Below the pieces are notes generated by a model. It was given only the letters and a program-made list of their open reading frames with translations. It ran no database searches and was not told the origin of the DNA. From the IMG/VR virus record IMGVR_UViG_3300047477_000098, positions 1 through 62,712 of that record: a DNA stretch of 62,712 nt; one strand, 5' to 3'. Positions 58,599 to 62,712 of the stretch are shown here, piece by piece (within the stretch, counting starts at the first letter, position 1; every line of letters begins with the position of its first letter). Source of the DNA: a virus (lineage: Duplodnaviria; Caudoviricetes). The position numbers and the translations under genes are program-made.

Positions 58599-58839
58599 TT
58601 TCCTTTACTTAGACAACATTCCGTTTCGATTAGAAAAAGATGTTGTCTCAAATGTAAATTACTTTAATATAGCTGGAGAATGTGTGACGATCTCTTATAC
58701 CTCAAACTCTGGAAGGAAAACTCATATTATAGGAAGTCCTCCTATACTTAGGATTGATTGTGATATAGGTGATACAAAGGCTGGTAGAGGTGATAAAGAC
58801 GTCCTAAAGATCCTTGATAGGAAGTTATATTCTGCATGA
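58579..58839 (+). CDS. Hypothetical protein (paralogue of next gene)
   Basis: NIPFRL.KD...NYFNI. Confidence 0.55.
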   Translation: MNISDVDFLYLDNIPFRLEKDVVSNVNYFNIAGECVTISYTSNSGRKTHIIGSPPILRIDCDIGDTKAGRGDKDVLKILDRKLYSA

Positions 58840-59099
58840 TTTTATTTGACAGTTTAAACTTTCCGTTTAGAACATTGGAAGATATTGATGTGAATGTTGA
58901 AGGATATTTTAATATTGAAATATCTGATACGGAAAACTGTATTGATGAAGATGGTAAATTGTATCCTGATTGGGATACAGATTTTGAAGATGTTAAGATG
59001 TGTATTTCGGTTGAAACTAATGTTACATATCTTACCCGTATAGAGAATGAAATGAGAATTGGTAGATTAGTGTTTAGTATAAAGGATAAAAATGAATAG
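58836..59099 (+). CDS. Hypothetical protein (paralogue of previous gene)
   Basis: NFPFRT.ED...GYFNI. Confidence 0.55.
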   Translation: MILFDSLNFPFRTLEDIDVNVEGYFNIEISDTENCIDEDGKLYPDWDTDFEDVKMCISVETNVTYLTRIENEMRIGRLVFSIKDKNE

Positions 59100-59547
59100 A
59101 GATATTTTGTGGAATGCTATTGAATTGAATCATAAACTGAGCGTTAAGGCTCCTAAGCTTGATGTTCTTAATGTTGAGACTGAAATGCTTGCTCAGCTTC
59201 TGGAAGCCGAGGGAGTTAAAGTCTATAGGACAGAAGAAAATGTGGTGTTGATTAATAACGCACCAGTTATGATTTCAACAAGAAACCTTGGTACAAGAGA
59301 ATCATTTGAGACTTGGCTGAATGATCTTCAGAATAGCTTCGGTGTTGTGTTGAAGGCATTCGCGGGTTTCACACGATTGGATGTTAATGATGCTGTACCT
59401 CAAACTAAGGCAATGGCAAGAGTTCATATTGTGACATACAAGGAAGACCTGGTTACGCTTGTCGACCGTGAAGAGAAGATGGTTCCTGAGAAAGAAACTG
59501 TAAAGACTGCAGCACATGTTGCAGCAATCCTGGAAGGTGTAGAATGA
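59092..59547 (+). CDS. Hypothetical protein
   Basis: AAGGA RBS, overlapping ORF. Confidence 0.62.
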   Translation: MNRDILWNAIELNHKLSVKAPKLDVLNVETEMLAQLLEAEGVKVYRTEENVVLINNAPVMISTRNLGTRESFETWLNDLQNSFGVVLKAFAGFTRLDVNDAVPQTKAMARVHIVTYKEDLVTLVDREEKMVPEKETVKTAAHVAAILEGVE

Positions 59548-59807
59548 TTTTAAATAAAGAACAGGTCAAGGCAAACTTTGAAAAAGATGAAGCCGCTCGT
59601 AGAGCTAAGGCTAAGAAGAATACCGTTCATGCATTGACCACGGAAGAGATTAATGCCAGAATGAAAACTTATATTTCTAAGGAAGAGCTTAAAGCTGAGA
59701 AGAAGCGTAGAGCTGAACGCCTTAGATATGCAAGACTTATGGCTAATCCCAAGAGCCGTGCTGCCCTTAGAGATAAGAAACGCGCCCAACGCGCAAAGAA
59801 TGCTTAA
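59544..59807 (+). CDS. Small highly basic helical protein
   Basis: Arg/Lys/Ala-rich; ATGA coupling. Confidence 0.6.
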   Translation: MILNKEQVKANFEKDEAARRAKAKKNTVHALTTEEINARMKTYISKEELKAEKKRRAERLRYARLMANPKSRAALRDKKRAQRAKNA

Positions 59808-60000
59808 TAAAAGAACTGTCTCTGGAACGCCTGTGAGAAATCTCAGTCGTCCAGAGATCTGTAATTGTTCACTCTCCAGTTATAACATTTCTGGAGAGGT
59901 TTTCTTGAATGGTGAATGGTTAAAAACCAAATGGACAGATCTGGGTGAAAACATATCCAGAATAAAAGATTGGAATCTTATAAATGTATCTGAAGATTGA
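59800..60000 (+). CDS. Hypothetical protein
   Basis: Short ORF overlapping both neighbours. Confidence 0.5.
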   Translation: MLNKRTVSGTPVRNLSRPEICNCSLSSYNISGEVFLNGEWLKTKWTDLGENISRIKDWNLINVSED

Positions 60001-60817
60001 AACAGAAGCTGACATTGCAGAGTTTGATAAGTATATTGACGTGTCTGATCTAACAGTAGACTTCCTTTTGGAACCGTTTACAAAGAAATCACACACATGG
60101 GGCTCAGGTACATGGGCAAGAACTGAAATGGTTGATACCCATGAGTCTATGCTTATGTCCAAGGCACTTGCCGGTAAGAAGTATGGTGAATCTGAAATAC
60201 GATTCTACGCTACCAAAAAGGGAGGATATGGATACAGCTCTAGTATGGAAGTATCCGAATTCAGAATCTTTTACAACAATGCCAGCATAGACATCAATGT
60301 TGAAAACTGTACAATTGAGTACAATCACCTTAGAAAGAATGCTCAACGACCTATTGAAGTTATGAAGGAAGACGGTAAGTCTTATGTTCGTCTCAAATGG
60401 TCAGAGATTTATTCCGAGATTATCCGAATCAATAAAAGAGTTAATAAGACAAAACACAAGGTACAAGTAAAAGAGCTTGGAACTAAGTGGAAGATGCAAC
60501 ATCTTTTGGGTAAACTTGAAGAAGCTGGTGTTACTATATTTTCTGCAGCAGCGTATACTGATTTCCTTTATTCTAAAACAGTCTTCGGGAGAAGTTTTAG
60601 TGTAGGTCTTTTGAAAACAGATAAGGCTACTGATATTGAAATCAAGGATGAAGATAAACTTCAGTGTTCTTTGTTCGGATCCGATATGGAATTATCATTC
60701 TCCACATTCTTAACTTACGCCAAGTCTCTCCAAATATTTGTTGAAGCTGTCAATGGTAAGGATAAAGGTTTAACCCTTTGTGAAGATGCTGATGATGTAG
60801 AGGAAGAAGATGATTAA
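59984..60817 (+). CDS. Hypothetical protein, paralogue family member 1
   Basis: HLLGKLEEAGV, LSFSTFL. Confidence 0.65.
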   Translation: MYLKIETEADIAEFDKYIDVSDLTVDFLLEPFTKKSHTWGSGTWARTEMVDTHESMLMSKALAGKKYGESEIRFYATKKGGYGYSSSMEVSEFRIFYNNASIDINVENCTIEYNHLRKNAQRPIEVMKEDGKSYVRLKWSEIYSEIIRINKRVNKTKHKVQVKELGTKWKMQHLLGKLEEAGVTIFSAAAYTDFLYSKTVFGRSFSVGLLKTDKATDIEIKDEDKLQCSLFGSDMELSFSTFLTYAKSLQIFVEAVNGKDKGLTLCEDADDVEEEDD

Positions 60818-61544
60818 GGGTATTCCCAGCGTTGAAACTATTAATGGTGAAGTGTTTCTATTTTCACCATTTAGTTTTCAATGTCCTATCACTGAAGATG
60901 GTCTTAATGAATTAGAGAAATATATTCAGAACATCTTCCCTGAAAGAATAGATGTTAGATTTGGTAGAGATATGAGTTATATCTACTGTTATAGTTTAGG
61001 AATGTCTTGGGGTGAGAAAATTGTTTTTGATCATTCTGGTATAATTTTAACAGTTAAAAGAAAGAAAACTGTTATACCTTACATTGTTGAAAATGAAACA
61101 GTTCATTACAATATAACTAAGGTTATTGAACACATGACTTCTTTTAGAACTGCCCATCTTGCCAAAGTCCATGAAGATAAGTTAAAGATGGAATCCAAGA
61201 AATACAACTCTTTGTATATTTCTGGTAAGCTTGGCGAGCTAGGATTTCCTAATGAGTCCGTAACTTTCGAGAATCTAAATACAACTACTAAGGTATTCAT
61301 TCCTGTTGACCGCAAGAGTGTTGTTACCAAAAGTTACATAAAAATAGACATACGAACCACGAAAAAAGTAAGTTTTGATGTTACAGGAAATACTAAAGTT
61401 GATCTGTCATTTGTTAAAGAAACATCTAACAGGAAAGACCGAGTAGTTCCGTTTGAAAACATCAGGCTTGATGACGCATTAACCATACTAGAAAGTTTTA
61501 AGAAAGTATATTTTAAGGACGAAAATGATCAAGACACAGAATGA
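60810..61544 (+). CDS. Hypothetical protein, paralogue family member 2
   Basis: YISGKLGELGFP, IRLDDAL. Confidence 0.65.
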   Translation: MIKGIPSVETINGEVFLFSPFSFQCPITEDGLNELEKYIQNIFPERIDVRFGRDMSYIYCYSLGMSWGEKIVFDHSGIILTVKRKKTVIPYIVENETVHYNITKVIEHMTSFRTAHLAKVHEDKLKMESKKYNSLYISGKLGELGFPNESVTFENLNTTTKVFIPVDRKSVVTKSYIKIDIRTTKKVSFDVTGNTKVDLSFVKETSNRKDRVVPFENIRLDDALTILESFKKVYFKDENDQDTE

Positions 61545-62271
61545 TATAGACGAATATTTCACTACCGATAAATTTGATACAGATGATAGAGTAGAATTGG
61601 CAAACGATAAGGTTCTACTAAAACAATTTCTCTCTGCAGTTATTACAAGAATAACAAACAAGTCTCCTAAGACAATTTACTTTGCTCCAACATACTCCAA
61701 TGCGTGGAGATCCACAAATCATGAAACTGACATTGGAGTCTATGCATTCCAACATGATTATGATAAGAAAGATAATTTCACATTGGAAATGAGATACCAC
61801 GGCGGTGAATTGGATGTTAAGAGAGACTCTTCTGGCTGTCTCTATATTACCGGCAATAAGAAACGGAAGAGTCTAAAGGTTACTGAAAAGACTATTCTCA
61901 TAAGACCAAAATGGATTACTCCATTAGTTGTTGCCAAGTTTGAGGAAGCACAAAAGGTTGAGACGGATGGTAAGATTATGAAGTTCCAGAATGAACTTCT
62001 TGCACCTTACATGATGCAGAAACTTCTTGATGTTGGTGTTCCAGAATCATTGATTAGTGTTAATAACAGTTACATCAAAATCATAAATCTTGGAAATAGG
62101 AATTGGTATTCCACAGTTGGAATATATCCGGTCAATGATGAACCAACAGAGAACATTGAAGATAGGAAATGGCAAATCAGTTTACACAAAACTTCCTTTA
62201 CCAATCTATCATTTGAATCTGTGATTAAGATTGTCAGTGCGTTTCAAGAGTCTGGTCTTTTCAAATTGTAA
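61525..62271 (+). CDS. Hypothetical protein, paralogue family member 3
   Basis: YMMQKLLDVGVP, LSFESVI. Confidence 0.65.
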   Translation: MIKTQNDIDEYFTTDKFDTDDRVELANDKVLLKQFLSAVITRITNKSPKTIYFAPTYSNAWRSTNHETDIGVYAFQHDYDKKDNFTLEMRYHGGELDVKRDSSGCLYITGNKKRKSLKVTEKTILIRPKWITPLVVAKFEEAQKVETDGKIMKFQNELLAPYMMQKLLDVGVPESLISVNNSYIKIINLGNRNWYSTVGIYPVNDEPTENIEDRKWQISLHKTSFTNLSFESVIKIVSAFQESGLFKL

Positions 62272-62423
62272 TTTTGAAAAGCGAAAAAACGAGCAATAAA
62301 AAGATTTGAAGTAGATTTCTACTTACAACGGCATACGCCAAAAGGAGAACCCGCGACTTAGGTCGAGTCCGGTATGGGTCCATTATCTCATACTCGACAG
62401 GAAAAATAACAAAAGGATACCTC

Positions 62424-62712
62424 ATGAAAAGAACACTATTTGTTGGAGTTCTTTCTCTCTGGCTTAGCACTGCTGCTATTGCCAGACTTTCTTCCAACAA
62501 TCCAACAACTGTGACTACAGAATCTCAGTTGGTAATTGATTTACAAAACCCATACAGAAATCTTCCATCAAGTGATGTGTTGTATTCCTGTATGGAAATA
62601 CTTGCTAACAGATTAAATGTTAGCACCGAAGACCTATATGCTTTGATACACTTTGAAACTGGAGGTAAAATGAATCCTTTGGTTGCAAGTAAAACATCTT
62701 CAGCAAAAGGTT
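62424..62712 (+). CDS. Secreted lytic transglycosylase (SLT-like), 3' partial (not in ORF track)
   Basis: AAGGA RBS; signal peptide MKRTLFVGVLSLWLSTAAIA; LYALIHFETGGKMNP...SSAKG. Confidence 0.75.
   Translation, partial: MKRTLFVGVLSLWLSTAAIARLSSNNPTTVTTESQLVIDLQNPYRNLPSSDVLYSCMEILANRLNVSTEDLYALIHFETGGKMNPLVASKTSSAKG

Noticed and set aside
1-62712. CRISPR array, tRNA or rRNA genes
   Set aside because: No regularly spaced direct repeats or cloverleaf with T-loop consensus seen in the few intergenic gaps (inspection by eye only)
1-62712. Stop-codon reassignment
   Set aside because: Core genes are full length under the standard code and TAA, TGA and TAG all terminate genes

Overview
A 62.7-kb, AT-rich, densely coding segment of a large T4-superfamily (Tevenvirinae-like or jumbo) phage genome using the standard genetic code. 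It carries the T4-type replisome (gp43, UvsX, gp41, probable gp33/gp59, gp32, gp61, RNase H, gp45/44/62), nucleotide metabolism genes (class II RNR, ThyA, DHFR, dUTPase, dNMP kinase), two free-standing homing endonucleases, an NDP-sugar/glycosyltransferase cluster, lysis enzymes, and scattered late genes with TAAATA promoters that look like internal head proteins. Two things stand out. (1) A C5-cytosine methyltransferase with Arg in place of the motif-X Asn is clustered with a CmoA-like carboxy-SAM synthase and a glutaminase-less asparagine-synthetase-like ligase, which predicts a carboxymethyl-cytosine DNA hypermodification pathway. It is preceded by a catalytically dead stand-alone intein domain, and the ligase RBS is locked in a hairpin that contains a late promoter. 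(2) Between thyA and DHFR is an array of micro-genes. Most fuse a shared ~18-aa 'DR-hxhx(F/W/L)G' module to a different conserved fragment of the major capsid protein gp23, including the Gol peptide, and portal-like fragments occur elsewhere. These are candidate structural-protein decoys. All homology calls come from motif recognition by eye and recalled family consensus; no searches were run.
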